From Candidatus Hydrogenedentota bacterium (GTDB lineage: Bacteria; Hydrogenedentota; Hydrogenedentia; Hydrogenedentales; SLHB01), in assembly GCA_045863295.1 (NCBI GenBank), contig BTWA01000016.1, forward strand, positions 1-64,000: 64,000 bases of DNA, given 5' to 3'. The stretch's first letter is position 1. Each line of letters begins with the position of its first letter. The translations under genes were made by a program, and so were the position numbers. This document shows positions 47,646 to 59,218 of the stretch, in pieces. Below the pieces are notes generated by a model. That model saw nothing but the letters and a program-made list of their open reading frames with translations, had not been told where the DNA came from and did no database searches.

Positions 47646-48980
47646 CTATGGCTTTCCAATACAGTACAAGTGTCCGGGCGTACGCAGATAAATGCGGTTT
47701 CCGGAAATCGCAATCGTGGACAGCGTGTGATTCTCGCCGGGCAACGTGTTCGTCGCAATCTTCCTGTAGGTGGATCCCGCCGCGATTACCGTTGTGGTGC
47801 CCGCTTCGTTCGTTATGAATATCTTGCCATCCGCCACGATCGGCGATGCACTGATGGTACCTTCGGCAGCATGCTCCGGCCCCCACACGATATCCCCGGT
47901 CTTCGCATTCAGGCAGGTCGCAACGCCTTTGTCGTCCACCATGTAAAAGTATTGGCCGTCGCACGCAGGCGTGGGAACGTCCGGTCCGTACGCTTCATCC
48001 CATTTCCAAGCAAGATGACTGGTGGAAACGTCTCCCGTTCCACCCGCCTTGATCGCGAGCAGCGGCCGCTGCCGCGTCGGCGCATACACCATGCCATCCA
48101 CCGCAACCGCCGAAGCAATCGTACGGAAGTTTCCGTTGTTCTTCGGATTCAATCCCCCTGCCCGCCACACTTCCGCACCTGTATCCGGATCGTGCGCCGA
48201 TACGAAGCCGCCGCCGCATACGATCACCCGCGTCTTGTCGCCTTCTTGAATAATCGTGGGGGTATTGTATGCATCCGGCGTTTCCGACGGTTCATCCGTG
48301 GGTCGTTCGACCCGCCAGAGTACGTCACCGGTCTTCGCGTCCAATGCAACCACATAGGAAGGATCATCGGTGTTCATGCCGTGAAGCACCTGCGCTATCA
48401 GCTTGCCGTCATGAAGCAATGGCGACGACGCATATACGAAATTCAAACCGAAAGGACCATACATCTCCTGCAGATTCTTGGACCACACCTTGTCGCCGTC
48501 CATGGTCATGGCGGTGACCGCGCCCGTGCCCGTCACGGTCCACACATGCTGGCCATCCGTTACCGGCGTCGGACTCGAGCTATTGCCTTTCCGGCCAAGT
48601 TCATTGCCGGAAGCCAACTCCTTCTCCCACAGGATCTTTCCGTCGGCCTTTGAAATGCACAACAACAAGATCTGGTTGCCGCCCGGGCTTTCAAATCGGC
48701 CGTTCGGATTGCGCGCCGAGTCACCCTCGCCTCGCGACGGCGTGGTCAGATAAATGCGATCACCCCACACTACCGGCGAACTTCCGCTCCAAGACGGCAA
48801 TTCCGTTCTCCACACAATCCCTTCCGATTCGCTCCACGTTTCCGGCAATCCCGTGGCGTCGCTCACCCCGGATTGATCCGCACCACGCCATTGCGGCCAA
48901 TTGTCATCCGCAAGTGCGGAAGAAGACGCGGAAAACACAATGCCAAAAGTCATCAGTCGACGCATGAGTCGTGCAGCCAT
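47646..48980 (-). CDS. PQQ-like beta-propeller repeat protein
   Basis: NWPQWRG, SSPVV, ALDAKTGDVLW repeats; signal peptide. Confidence 0.9.
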   Translation of the reverse strand: MAARLMRRLMTFGIVFSASSSALADDNWPQWRGADQSGVSDATGLPETWSESEGIVWRTELPSWSGSSPVVWGDRIYLTTPSRGEGDSARNPNGRFESPGGNQILLLCISKADGKILWEKELASGNELGRKGNSSSPTPVTDGQHVWTVTGTGAVTAMTMDGDKVWSKNLQEMYGPFGLNFVYASSPLLHDGKLIAQVLHGMNTDDPSYVVALDAKTGDVLWRVERPTDEPSETPDAYNTPTIIQEGDKTRVIVCGGGFVSAHDPDTGAEVWRAGGLNPKNNGNFRTIASAVAVDGMVYAPTRQRPLLAIKAGGTGDVSTSHLAWKWDEAYGPDVPTPACDGQYFYMVDDKGVATCLNAKTGDIVWGPEHAAEGTISASPIVADGKIFITNEAGTTTVIAAGSTYRKIATNTLPGENHTLSTIAISGNRIYLRTPGHLYCIGKP

Positions 48981-49093
48981 GATTTGGATTTCCCGATTGG
49001 TTCGTCGCAACAGCCTTCCAGCAGAGAATAACATGAATCGACGGCTTCCTTGCCAGTCAGGCGTTCACCCGTCGCGCTGCTCGTTCCTGCAGG

Positions 49094-50551
49094 CTATTTC
49101 GCAATCGCCACCGGCCCCATCATCGGCGCGGCCATGTTGGCCTCGTCCACGAGGTTGCAGTAGGGATTCAAGCCCCGGCCGTACCACAAGTGGGCGTTCT
49201 CCGGCAGCTTGTCGATCCAAAGCACTATCACCGACGGATCATCAGCGGCAATCTCCTGATTGTAAATGCACTGCGCGTCCGCACCGTCGGGACCCGCACT
49301 GATGCTGAACCCGTTCAACCGGCCTGCCGACGCCAGCGTGCCATTCGCAGACCTGAACTTGACGCGCAACTGCTGTCCGTACGGCGTGCTCGCCAGTTCC
49401 GCGCTCTCGTACCGAGGTCCGCGTTCCGATGCACCGCCGTAGAAATCGTGTTCCGCAAGCGCCGCCAGTCGGTACCCCAGGGTCTTCAAGCCCGGCGTGC
49501 CGACATGAATGCCGTCGTCCAGGCCGAGATCGATCCCCGATACCAAACCGCCCGGCGCGAGGTCCGCCTCAAGCAGGCGCTCGTCCTCCTGAATCGCGTT
49601 CCAATGCGAAAAATTTTCGCCAGGGTTCGGCGTGAACCGGCTGATCTGAACATAGTAGAAGGGCAAATCCGACACGCCGAAATCCGTCCGCATCGCGGCA
49701 ACCAATTGTTTCATCTTCTCACGATAAACCGCTTGCGCCGTGGCATTCGCATCCGATTCGCCCTGGTACCACAGCACGCCGCGCACCTTACCCCCGGCGG
49801 CCTGCACTTGCTTGTACATCGATCCATAAAGCGATTCGCCGCCTTTGTCTTTCAGGGCCGGATCCCATTGCGCCATGCTCGTGCCGCCGTGGGCCGATGC
49901 AATCAGTCCCACCGGCCGCCCCGTCCGCTTCACCATCTCTTTCGCAAAAGCCAGCCCCAGGCCCGCGCCTTTGGCGCCGTCACGCCATCCCGCAATCGCC
50001 GCCTGCCGCGCCGCTTCGTTCTCATGTGTCCCATGTACAGGATCGGGCGATTCGCCCAACGTGTGCAGCGGCTCTTGCGCCAGCCGCCACTCGTAACTCA
50101 TCGCATACGTATGCACCAGCGCATGCGGCTCCTCGACGTCAAACCGGTTCCCGACGCCCTGCATGTTGGATTGTCCGGCCAACACCCACACATCGCCCAC
50201 AAGCACATCATCAACCGCAGCCGCTTCCAGCGCATTGCCCGCCGCGTCGATGACCTTCAGTTCGATGCGATAGGGACCACCGGCCGGAACGCCTGCAAGC
50301 GACCCCTGCCACGCTCCCCCTTCCGCCTTGCCCAGGCCGGCCCACGGCAATATCTCTTTCTGCACCCCCACGACGCGCGCCTGCACCGTGCCCGCCGCGG
50401 CAGTCGTGCCCGATAACGTCAGGGCGGCATTCCCATCCGGTTCGCATTGGATGACTTGTTTTGCAGCAATGCCTGTCTGCACGGCGAGCGCATGCGCAGA
50501 CACGGTAAAAATACACAAAACGGCGTAGATGGCAAGAAGGATCCGGCCCAT
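49094..50551 (-). CDS. Sialate O-acetylesterase-like SGNH hydrolase
   Basis: AGQSNMQG, WYQGESDA, DGIH. Confidence 0.88.
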   Translation of the reverse strand: MGRILLAIYAVLCIFTVSAHALAVQTGIAAKQVIQCEPDGNAALTLSGTTAAAGTVQARVVGVQKEILPWAGLGKAEGGAWQGSLAGVPAGGPYRIELKVIDAAGNALEAAAVDDVLVGDVWVLAGQSNMQGVGNRFDVEEPHALVHTYAMSYEWRLAQEPLHTLGESPDPVHGTHENEAARQAAIAGWRDGAKGAGLGLAFAKEMVKRTGRPVGLIASAHGGTSMAQWDPALKDKGGESLYGSMYKQVQAAGGKVRGVLWYQGESDANATAQAVYREKMKQLVAAMRTDFGVSDLPFYYVQISRFTPNPGENFSHWNAIQEDERLLEADLAPGGLVSGIDLGLDDGIHVGTPGLKTLGYRLAALAEHDFYGGASERGPRYESAELASTPYGQQLRVKFRSANGTLASAGRLNGFSISAGPDGADAQCIYNQEIAADDPSVIVLWIDKLPENAHLWYGRGLNPYCNLVDEANMAAPMMGPVAIAK

Positions 50552-50720
50552 GGCAGTAGTCTCCAAGTTTTGAAGGGAATGGCCGCATAATAATCTTTGC
50601 CCGGCCCGAACGCCAGCCTCATGCGCTTGGGCCCGGGCGCATCTTCTGCGAACCATGGGCCGGTTCGTTCTTTGCGGTGATCATGGGATAGAGTGCAGAA
50701 CTTTGGGAGCCTGTAAGTCC

Positions 50721-52577
50721 ATGAATGCCGAAGATGCCGCCTATTTGGATCGCTGGGTAAACCATCGCGACGCGGATGCCTTCCGCGAAATAGTGGTGAG
50801 ATATGCCGCCATGGTCTACGCGACCAGCCGCCGTGTGCTCGGTACGTTCCCTGATGCGGAAGATGTTGCCCAGGAATCCTTTCAAGCCCTCGCCAACCTC
50901 GACCGTCCTCCGGCTGCATATCTCGGCCCATGGCTCCACCGCGTCGCGACAAATATCGCTCTGAATAAACGCCGTGCACTTGCCCGGGCGCAATCGCGCG
51001 AAATCCGCTACGCCCAATCACGACAGTTGCATGTCGATCCGGATTGGGAAGATATCTACGAGTTTGTTGACGAGGCGCTTGCGAATCTTCCCGATGGTCT
51101 GCGGATTCCGCTGATTGCACATTACCTCGAAGGAAAGAGCCAGTCAGAAGTTGCCGCGTCATTGGGCATACCGAGGCAGACACTGACCAATCGCATTCAC
51201 AAAGGCATCAAGGAAATTCGCCGCACTCTCGCCCGACGCGGCATTCAAGTGGGTGGAATCGCTTTGGGAGGAATGATGGCGTCCAACATGGCGGACGCTG
51301 CCGCACTCCCGCCGCGTCTCATGGGCAACCTTGGAAAGACCGCGCTGGCCGGGATAACCCACTCCGGCGCGGCCTCACTCAAATCCATGGGTGCATTCAA
51401 AGCTGTTGCCGCCGTGGCCGGCATTGCCGCGGTTGTTCTATTCGCCTCGTATGTCGCTCACCAGCCAGATAAGTCATTACGCGACGTTGACCCTTTCGCG
51501 CCATTGAAGACAGTCGCGGTCGTGCCGAGCCCGGAGACAACCGACCTCCCCTCTCAATCAAGCGGCACCGCGACCGCGATGACGGTCCGTGATGTGCTTC
51601 GCAACTACGCCGATCATCAGGATCGCATTCAGCGAATCATCTACACGTACGAGTATGCCTCGGAATGGTATCGCCAGAATGAACCCGGTTCGCCATGGGA
51701 GGCAATTGCACCAAGCGGACCCGGCAAGACGTGGCAGCGTGGCGAGGTCGGCTACGATGGACGCAGGTTCAACGTGCATACCCACACGTGGGGCGATTAC
51801 GGGGGCAAATATCGCACCGCCAATGACGCCGCGCAACGAATCTGCCGGTACGACGGCAAGGAAGACATCCAGTGGGATGCCGGTGGAAACAGGCCGCTCG
51901 GCACGGGCTCCATTGGCAAAGGCGCTCCGATTGGCGAGACCATTCAACAGCCCCGCTCATACGGCAACTATTACGGCTTATGGGCAATGTATTTTGGCGG
52001 AGAACCCTTCGGTTACTTCACCGATGAAGGCCGCCGCATCGACAAAATACTACGCTCGGCAAAGTCATCTGCCGTGAAGACCGAGCGGCATGGCGCTACC
52101 GACTATCAAATCATTGAGGCGGATACGGAGTTCGGCTATTTCACGGTCTGGTTTGATCCCGACAAGCATTTCAATATCGTGCGGATGCACCGGCATCTAC
52201 GGCGTGGAGACGTCACCAATCTAAGCGACACGAATGTGATTACCGCTGAGGGCTTTGCGCGAAACGACCTCTACACGGTAACCGAACTCGCGCAGGTCAG
52301 CGGTCTTTGGATTGTCAAATCCCACACGCGAGAAACCAGCGAAGAAGCACCGGAAAATGGTTTCTTCTCCCGCAGCGCAAGTTCGTGTACGCGAACGTCA
52401 ATCGCCCTCAATCCTGACTTTGAAGCCCTCGAAACCTTTACCCTCATGCGGGACATACCCGCCGGCTCGGAGTGGCTTTACCGGACGTTTCCAGGCGACT
52501 CAATCGAGCAGGGAGATTATCGCATCTGGGACGGCGCCAAACTGGTCCCGATGGCACCCCGGACCAGAAGACCTTGA
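50721..52577 (+). CDS. ECF sigma-70 factor with transmembrane helix and large C-terminal extension
   Basis: DAEDVAQESF, WLHRVATN, region 4 SQSEVAASLGIP; TM AVAAVAGIAAVVLFASYV. Confidence 0.88.
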   Translation: MNAEDAAYLDRWVNHRDADAFREIVVRYAAMVYATSRRVLGTFPDAEDVAQESFQALANLDRPPAAYLGPWLHRVATNIALNKRRALARAQSREIRYAQSRQLHVDPDWEDIYEFVDEALANLPDGLRIPLIAHYLEGKSQSEVAASLGIPRQTLTNRIHKGIKEIRRTLARRGIQVGGIALGGMMASNMADAAALPPRLMGNLGKTALAGITHSGAASLKSMGAFKAVAAVAGIAAVVLFASYVAHQPDKSLRDVDPFAPLKTVAVVPSPETTDLPSQSSGTATAMTVRDVLRNYADHQDRIQRIIYTYEYASEWYRQNEPGSPWEAIAPSGPGKTWQRGEVGYDGRRFNVHTHTWGDYGGKYRTANDAAQRICRYDGKEDIQWDAGGNRPLGTGSIGKGAPIGETIQQPRSYGNYYGLWAMYFGGEPFGYFTDEGRRIDKILRSAKSSAVKTERHGATDYQIIEADTEFGYFTVWFDPDKHFNIVRMHRHLRRGDVTNLSDTNVITAEGFARNDLYTVTELAQVSGLWIVKSHTRETSEEAPENGFFSRSASSCTRTSIALNPDFEALETFTLMRDIPAGSEWLYRTFPGDSIEQGDYRIWDGAKLVPMAPRTRRP

Positions 52578-52662
52578 CCATACAGCCGGCAACCGAGGCC
52601 TTATGGGAAGTCTCCCCGCTCAAGGGCTGGAGTACGCGCTACGTCGTCAAGTATTCCCAATC

Positions 52663-53187
52663 TTACCTGCGAACCCTTTGCCAATTCTCCGCCAATAGCG
52701 CCCACCGCTCATGATCGCGCCAACGTCCGCCGAGCTTCAGATAGCGCGGCGAATACCCCTCCCGCGAAAAACCGAGCCGCGTCACCAACGCAATCGAGGC
52801 CGCGTTCTCCGGCTGAATGTTCGCTTCAAGCCGGTGCAACCCCAATTCGCCAAACGCTCGATCCACCACCAGCGCCAACCCAGCCGTCATGTATCTCTTC
52901 CGCGCGTGCGGCGCGAATGCGTAGTATCCGAGATATCCGCTCATCAACACGCCGCACACAATCTCGCTGATGTTGACCACGCCCACCAACCCGTCGTGCT
53001 CATGCACAATCAGATGACTCTCGTTTGATGGCCGGCGCAATCGTTTCATCCAACGATCAAAAGCCGCTTCGTCCGCGGGGGGATGCGCAAATCGTCCGTG
53101 CAACCGCCGGCTCCGCTTCACCGCGGCCAGAAATTCTTCCCGCCAACGCGGCGTGGGTTTCGCCAGTCGGACGCTCACATCGCGCAT
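52663..53187 (-). CDS. RimJ/RimL-family GNAT N-acetyltransferase
   Basis: GLHRLEANIQPENAASIAL...GFSREG...WRDHERWA. Confidence 0.9.
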   Translation of the reverse strand: MRDVSVRLAKPTPRWREEFLAAVKRSRRLHGRFAHPPADEAAFDRWMKRLRRPSNESHLIVHEHDGLVGVVNISEIVCGVLMSGYLGYYAFAPHARKRYMTAGLALVVDRAFGELGLHRLEANIQPENAASIALVTRLGFSREGYSPRYLKLGGRWRDHERWALLAENWQRVRR

Positions 53188-53193
53188 CGCGCC

Positions 53194-54456
53194 TCACTCC
53201 GAAGGATAGACACTCACTGAAATGTACCCATGATCCGCTGAAGGGCCCGCCGCAAGAAGCGGCGTAGGCTTGCCTTTCAGTGCGTAATCAAAGAACGCAA
53301 CGAGATACGCGCGAACGGCCGCATTGATTTCCAACTCGCGGGCGGTGTTGCCAGGCTTCAACAATGGGTCATCGCTGAAATTCTGGTGGTTTGCGCCGGT
53401 AATCCAAACGGAATATGAAGCTGCCTGAATCGAATTCATGGACTGCTCAAATCGCGACATGGACGTGTCGGATCCTTGTTCGGGCATCGGCGGAAAGGGA
53501 TCGCCCATGTGAAGAAAGACCGCACGCAAAGGATCGCCGTCGTCAAACTTGGGACGGTCCATGAAGTGGCCATCCAGGTTGGCGGCCGCCTTGAACCGGG
53601 GTTCGAGCTTGGCCGCTTCCGCCGCGGCGACGCCGCCCAGCGAATGTCCAAGGACTCCCACACGATCCAAATCCAACCGGCCCATGAATCGCACGTCGCT
53701 TTGATTGAGCGCTTCGAGGCGCCGGAGAATGGACTGCGCATCCGCCGCGCGAATCCCCACGAACTTCCGGTAGTACGCATTCATCGCTTCCATGCCGGCC
53801 GGATCGTCGAAGCGTGGATGTTCTTTGTCGAACACCGATTCCAACACCTTGCCATCCGGCAGCACCTGCCCCCGATTGTCGTAGGCGTGATCCATGGCAA
53901 CAACCACATACCCATGGCTCACGAGTTCTTCGAGAATGGACGTATACAGTCCGATGAAACTGTTGGCTCCAGGGGAAAACAGAAGGACCGGGAACTCGGA
54001 TTCCTTCACAGAGACGGGCGCATCCAGATACGAGTGCGTCTTCATCGGCGCAATGCCAAGTACTTCGTACGCGTGAAAGCTGCCTGAAAGCTCGCGCAAA
54101 TGGGGAAAATACGGCGCGGCGGCGCAGCCGGTTACGTCATCCGACGGATACCAGATCTGCACAATCAGTGGACGATTGTCGTCCGGTTCGGCGGTGAGAA
54201 TCTCCGCTCGGCTTTCATCAACCCAATAGTAGTCCGCCCGGCCCACGGCATAGGGACCCGTGGCAACCGGCAAATGCCGCGAATACAGAAGCCAGAGGGA
54301 CACGGCCACGCTGACAGCTGTAAGGCCAACAAAAGCCACTACAATCCGGCGTAGCCATGGCCGCTCTTTTTTCCCTCGGCCAGACTCCGCGCCAATGGGC
54401 TCATTTTGCGTTAAAGGGCTCAAGTGAACGTCAACTCCACCAACACCCATGAGCAC
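53194..54456 (-). CDS. Alpha/beta hydrolase (PAF-acetylhydrolase-like); start uncertain
   Basis: TGPYAVG, QIWYP, PVLLFSPG, GHSLGG, NLDG, GANHQNFSD. Confidence 0.85.
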   Translation of the reverse strand: MLMGVGGVDVHLSPLTQNEPIGAESGRGKKERPWLRRIVVAFVGLTAVSVAVSLWLLYSRHLPVATGPYAVGRADYYWVDESRAEILTAEPDDNRPLIVQIWYPSDDVTGCAAAPYFPHLRELSGSFHAYEVLGIAPMKTHSYLDAPVSVKESEFPVLLFSPGANSFIGLYTSILEELVSHGYVVVAMDHAYDNRGQVLPDGKVLESVFDKEHPRFDDPAGMEAMNAYYRKFVGIRAADAQSILRRLEALNQSDVRFMGRLDLDRVGVLGHSLGGVAAAEAAKLEPRFKAAANLDGHFMDRPKFDDGDPLRAVFLHMGDPFPPMPEQGSDTSMSRFEQSMNSIQAASYSVWITGANHQNFSDDPLLKPGNTARELEINAAVRAYLVAFFDYALKGKPTPLLAAGPSADHGYISVSVYPSE

Positions 54457-54482
54457 AGGTCCACAAACCGCAACGCGCGTGA

Positions 54483-56726
54483 CTACCGCTCATGCTCCAG
54501 CTTTGGCCTCTCCGGACCGCTGTACGGCGCCGCACCCAGTTGCAAGCCGCGCTTCGGCACCGTAATCAAGTCCTTGTCTTTCGTCTGCGGCGCGGTAATC
54601 AATCCGTAATACCGGCCCATCCAATACGCATCCAGCCAGCCACTAGGATCGGAAACCATCTTGCCGCCGTAAACGCCGTCCAGACGCATGAAGTCGCCGT
54701 CCCACCGGTTGGGCTCCGTTTCGCGCGGATTGAGCGGTTTGGGCCGCCGGCCATACTCCGTGTATCCCGGCGGCATATACAAATCGTCACGGTGTGAATT
54801 CGTGTACGAATGCCGGCGTAGATCCAACGGCCATCCACGCAAATGATCGACCGCCTTGTCCGCCTCGCAATCATTGCCCGTCACTGCGCCATAGATAAAA
54901 TTGAACCACGGTACGGACTGGCTGCGCTTCACTTCCCAACTCCGCTCCAGACTCCGCAACCAGATCGCCTTCAAATCCGGATCGGTTTCGTATTGCACCA
55001 GCGGATAGTACGAATAGAATGCCAGCCGATCGTCGAAGTGCGTCCAATACCCGGGGTGAAACGTGAGTTTCTGACGAATGATGTCGGGCAAATATCCTTG
55101 TTCCAAATGAAACTGCTTGGCCTTGGCAAATTTCTCGTCACCCGTAAAATGCAATGCCGCCGTCACGTAGTTGAACGCCTCCATGCCGTTCAAACCGCGC
55201 GCATAAAACCCATACGGCGTCTGCAGGTAATCGGGATCCCAGCGCGCCCAACGTGTCGGTTTGCCGTCTACGTCGCGAAGGAAAAATCCGTTATCCACGA
55301 TGTGCCCCACGACGCGGTGCAAGTGATCCGTGGCCCACACCTTTTCTTTCTCATTGGCCACAAGGCTCAGAAAAATCGTCGTCTCGTATACGTGCGCATC
55401 GGTCTCGTCGCTCGACGTGTCACCCTTCCATTCCCAGAGCCCGTCCGGCGTAGCGTGCCATTCCGCGGGCAGACCGCCGGATCCATGCATCGCCTTGTGC
55501 GTACGCTCGCCGACCGCGTAAATCGATCGGGCCGGAAATCCGTCAATGGACGTAATTTCCTCGCTCCACTTCATGGACTTGAAACCGTCCAGCGCTGCTT
55601 CCCGCGCTTTCGGGTCGCCCGTTACCGCGTATTCAAAACACTTGGCGGTCACATAGTGGCTGGTATACCCCACGTCGTTGTCGCTCACTTCGCGTATCCA
55701 CTCGCCATTCTCCTCGAACAGGATGTGAATAAACCCCAGCCGCCGCATCCCCCACTCGTCGAGCCAACGCTCGTAATACGCCGCCTTCTTCGCCAACGTG
55801 TAGGGTTCGTAAGTGATAATGCCAAGCCCGCCATCGGTCGCGATATAGGAAACATGGTCGCCGGTCGCGATCGCGTTGACCTTGTCATTGGGAATCCAAC
55901 GTTCATAACCGTAAAACAGGTATTCGTCGTCGACATTGCGGATCGCCCCCCGCATCGTGCCAATCCAAAGATCGCGATCGAAACCGCGCGCAAGACACGT
56001 CGTGTCTTCGTAACACAAGCCGTCGTCGCCTGTGATGTTGTACCACGTCATGCCGCGCAACAAACCCACACCCTCGTCTGTCGCCAGATACAACCGGCTT
56101 CCGTACGACATCATGTCGCGAATCGTGCTGCCCCGTTCCAGCATGCCCCAGTCGGTGATGTTCTCAAATTCCAGCTTGCCTTTTTCCAGCAAGCCGACCT
56201 CTTTCCCATCATGTACATACACCGTGCCGCTGTAGGTCACCGCGCCCAATAACGGTACGCGCCCTTCGGCTATCACCGTCAAACCGCCGTCGCCAACCGC
56301 ATACAGTCCGTTGCCCGAAGCCGCGATGACCGTGCCATTTAAAAGACAAACATCAGTCACCGGGGTGGCCGTGGCCTGCGCCCACGACGCACCATCAAAG
56401 GTCCATAGCCCGTCCGATGACACGGCCCACAACGCATCGCCCAACACCTTCAACCGCGTCACGCCGCCCGAAGGCCCCGACTGCTTCTGTAATGTCTCGC
56501 CCGCAACCACGGACACGCCGTCCGCTCCGCCCACATAGGCGTTGCCGGCGTAGACCGCCACGGCGTTCAAAGCAGGCCCCGGAATCAGCGTACTCACCTC
56601 CTGCAAATACACTTCATCCACAATCGGTTCCCACAACGGGTCCTCCGGTATGGGCAATTGCGCGAACGCAGGTGAACTCGCTACCAGCACCAAAATGAGC
56701 AGTATCGGAAGAATGGGTTGCCGCAT
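54483..56726 (-). CDS. Secreted protein with N-terminal beta-propeller and C-terminal helical (possibly (a/a)6) domain
   Basis: Signal peptide; LWIGT/LYLAT..G repeats; WKGDTSSDE. Confidence 0.7.
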   Translation of the reverse strand: MRQPILPILLILVLVASSPAFAQLPIPEDPLWEPIVDEVYLQEVSTLIPGPALNAVAVYAGNAYVGGADGVSVVAGETLQKQSGPSGGVTRLKVLGDALWAVSSDGLWTFDGASWAQATATPVTDVCLLNGTVIAASGNGLYAVGDGGLTVIAEGRVPLLGAVTYSGTVYVHDGKEVGLLEKGKLEFENITDWGMLERGSTIRDMMSYGSRLYLATDEGVGLLRGMTWYNITGDDGLCYEDTTCLARGFDRDLWIGTMRGAIRNVDDEYLFYGYERWIPNDKVNAIATGDHVSYIATDGGLGIITYEPYTLAKKAAYYERWLDEWGMRRLGFIHILFEENGEWIREVSDNDVGYTSHYVTAKCFEYAVTGDPKAREAALDGFKSMKWSEEITSIDGFPARSIYAVGERTHKAMHGSGGLPAEWHATPDGLWEWKGDTSSDETDAHVYETTIFLSLVANEKEKVWATDHLHRVVGHIVDNGFFLRDVDGKPTRWARWDPDYLQTPYGFYARGLNGMEAFNYVTAALHFTGDEKFAKAKQFHLEQGYLPDIIRQKLTFHPGYWTHFDDRLAFYSYYPLVQYETDPDLKAIWLRSLERSWEVKRSQSVPWFNFIYGAVTGNDCEADKAVDHLRGWPLDLRRHSYTNSHRDDLYMPPGYTEYGRRPKPLNPRETEPNRWDGDFMRLDGVYGGKMVSDPSGWLDAYWMGRYYGLITAPQTKDKDLITVPKRGLQLGAAPYSGPERPKLEHER

Positions 56727-57004
56727 GGTAATACCCCGCTAAAAGTGCGCCCCGTGGGGCAATAACTCACGATTCAAGAATTCAAACAAACATCATAGCG
56801 AAAATCCGGCCCAATGCAAGCAGCATCCTTGCTTTGCCCAATTAGTTCCACTTCCTGGATGAGGCGACAAACTAAGGGGGAACACACGGCTTTCATGACG
56901 AAAATGCCTGGAAGTTGTGGAGGCTCGAGCCAATTGGAGAAGAAATCACGCGCGGCCAGTGAAAGATTGGTATGCTGCTCAAAGGTATGGTCCAAGTGCA
57001 TCAT

Positions 57005-59218
57005 TCACGCCGTGTCCGGCGCGTCCAGGATCTCCCGCACCTTGCGCAACAAGGCCTTGGGCTCATAGGGCTTTTGAAGCAATGGTGCGCTCTCGCGCAA
57101 CTCGTGCCGCAGTCCGCCCACGCCGCCGCTGTAACCGCTGCTGAATAGAACACGCACGGCCGGGTTAACGGACCTAATGGAATCGTACACCACGCGGCCG
57201 CCCATCTTGGGCATCACGACGTCGAGCACTGCAATGGCTATTGAATCAACATGTGCGTTAAACACCTCAACCGCCTCCTGGCCGTTGGAGGCACTCAAGA
57301 CTGTATACCCCGCCGATTCCAGAATGCGCACGCCCAGCCTTCGAAGCGCCTCGTCATCCTCCGCAAACAAGACGGTTTCGTGGCCGCCCGCTACCGTCTC
57401 GTCCTGCGCTCGTTTGGCATGGCTTGCACTCCGCAGCACCGCTGGCAAATAAATCTTGAATGCAGTGCCTTTGCCGACTTCGCTGTACACGTGAACCAGC
57501 CCGTCGTGTTGACGTACGATGCCGTATACCGTTGCAAGGCCGAGTCCCGTGCCCTTTCCGGCATCTTTCGTCGTAAAGAACGGGTCGAATATTCTCTTTT
57601 GCGTTTCCTCGTCCATTCCCGTTCCGTTATCGCTCATTGTCAACAAAACGTAGGATCCGGGCTGTGCCCAGGGGTGGGCGTCGCAAAAATCGCGGCTCAA
57701 CGTCACGTTGGACGTTTCCAGGAGCAAGTCGCCCCCACTCGGCATCGCGTCTCGCGCATTGATGCAAATGTTTAAGATAACCTGCTCTATCTGGCCAGGA
57801 TCTGCATGTACGGTCGAAAGATTTTCGCCGGATTTGAATTCGATGTGAATCGCCGCACCTAACGTGCGTCGTAACAATTTGATGAGAGATTCCACAAGGG
57901 CATTGACATTGATGTCTTTCCGTTCCAGGATTTGCTGCCGGCTGAACGCGAGCAGTTGCCGGGTAAGACTCGCGGCGTGGTCCGCACCTTTGATCACCTG
58001 CGTCAAATCGCCGTGAAGTTCGCTCCCGGACTCCGCTTTTTCCAGCGCAAGCCGTGAATACCCCAGAATCGCCTGCAGAATATTGTTGAAATCGTGCGCG
58101 ATCCCGCCGGCCAACTGGCCAATGGCCTCCATCTTCTGCGACTGTCGCAGCTGGGTTTCCAGCGCAATCCGTTGTCGTTCCTCCCGTTCGCTGTTGAGGC
58201 GGGCGTTCAGTATCGGCGCCACGGACTTGGAAATCGACTCGAGCAATCGCGCGTCGTCCGGCTCGTAGGGCTCGGTACGGTTTGCCACCTCTATCAGCCC
58301 CACCACTTCTCCTTGATGGATTAAGGGGGAGGCCATGGCCCGATCCAGCACTGCATTCGGATCGAGCGAACACGCCAGCGGCTCGTTCTCGATAACGGTG
58401 CGCTTTTCACGAATTGCTCGAGCCCATATGGTATCCCCCCAAGACTCTGCCGGAAACACATACTCTCGCTCGGGCATCTGGAATGGATGGCCGATTTCCC
58501 GGTGCATTCCAGGAACGATCAAACTGCCGTTCTCGTCAATATATCCGAACGCGCCAAGGCGGCTACCTAGCGCTTCCAGCAGAATCTCAAGCACGCGGAC
58601 ATACATACGATCGTCCGTCACGGTCAAAAACACTTCGGCTATCTTGTTGCGCGTCTGCAGCTCCTGCTCCGATCGCCGAAGCGCTTCCTCGGCTTTTTTC
58701 CGCTCTGCAATCTCCTGTTCCAATTTCCGGTTAACCTCGTCGACATCGATCATCTTGTCTTCGAGCTTGCGAATCAACGCTTCATTGTATTCCTTGACGG
58801 CGCTTGTCTCATCGGATTGAAGGTCGCCCGCGGAGGCATCACGGCCGGTGCCTTGAATCAACACATCGGCAATCACACGCAACATCACGCCGGCTTCTTG
58901 TGGTTTGGTCAGGAACCGGTCCGCCCCAAGGCGTAAGGCAAATTCTTCATCTTTGGGATCGGTATACGTGGCCGTATAGAAGACAAAAGGTATCCGCTTC
59001 AACCGGCCATCGCTCTTCCACTCCCGGCACAGGGTGAATCCATCCATACCCGGCATCAATATGTCAGAGACAATCACATCCGGAGGCTGGCGCCGGGCCA
59101 AATCCAGCGCGCTCGCCCCATTCGAAGCCGTGGCCACACGATGGCCGTTGGCTTCCAAAAGAGTCTCCAGTAAATAGAGATTTTGCGCATTGTCGTCAAC
59201 CACAAGGACCGTGCTCAT
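57005..59218 (-). CDS. Hybrid sensor kinase REC-GAF-HisKA-HATPase-REC
   Basis: [40 protein letters not shown]-terminal DVVMP. Confidence 0.93.
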   Translation of the reverse strand: MSTVLVVDDNAQNLYLLETLLEANGHRVATASNGASALDLARRQPPDVIVSDILMPGMDGFTLCREWKSDGRLKRIPFVFYTATYTDPKDEEFALRLGADRFLTKPQEAGVMLRVIADVLIQGTGRDASAGDLQSDETSAVKEYNEALIRKLEDKMIDVDEVNRKLEQEIAERKKAEEALRRSEQELQTRNKIAEVFLTVTDDRMYVRVLEILLEALGSRLGAFGYIDENGSLIVPGMHREIGHPFQMPEREYVFPAESWGDTIWARAIREKRTVIENEPLACSLDPNAVLDRAMASPLIHQGEVVGLIEVANRTEPYEPDDARLLESISKSVAPILNARLNSEREERQRIALETQLRQSQKMEAIGQLAGGIAHDFNNILQAILGYSRLALEKAESGSELHGDLTQVIKGADHAASLTRQLLAFSRQQILERKDINVNALVESLIKLLRRTLGAAIHIEFKSGENLSTVHADPGQIEQVILNICINARDAMPSGGDLLLETSNVTLSRDFCDAHPWAQPGSYVLLTMSDNGTGMDEETQKRIFDPFFTTKDAGKGTGLGLATVYGIVRQHDGLVHVYSEVGKGTAFKIYLPAVLRSASHAKRAQDETVAGGHETVLFAEDDEALRRLGVRILESAGYTVLSASNGQEAVEVFNAHVDSIAIAVLDVVMPKMGGRVVYDSIRSVNPAVRVLFSSGYSGGVGGLRHELRESAPLLQKPYEPKALLRKVREILDAPDTA

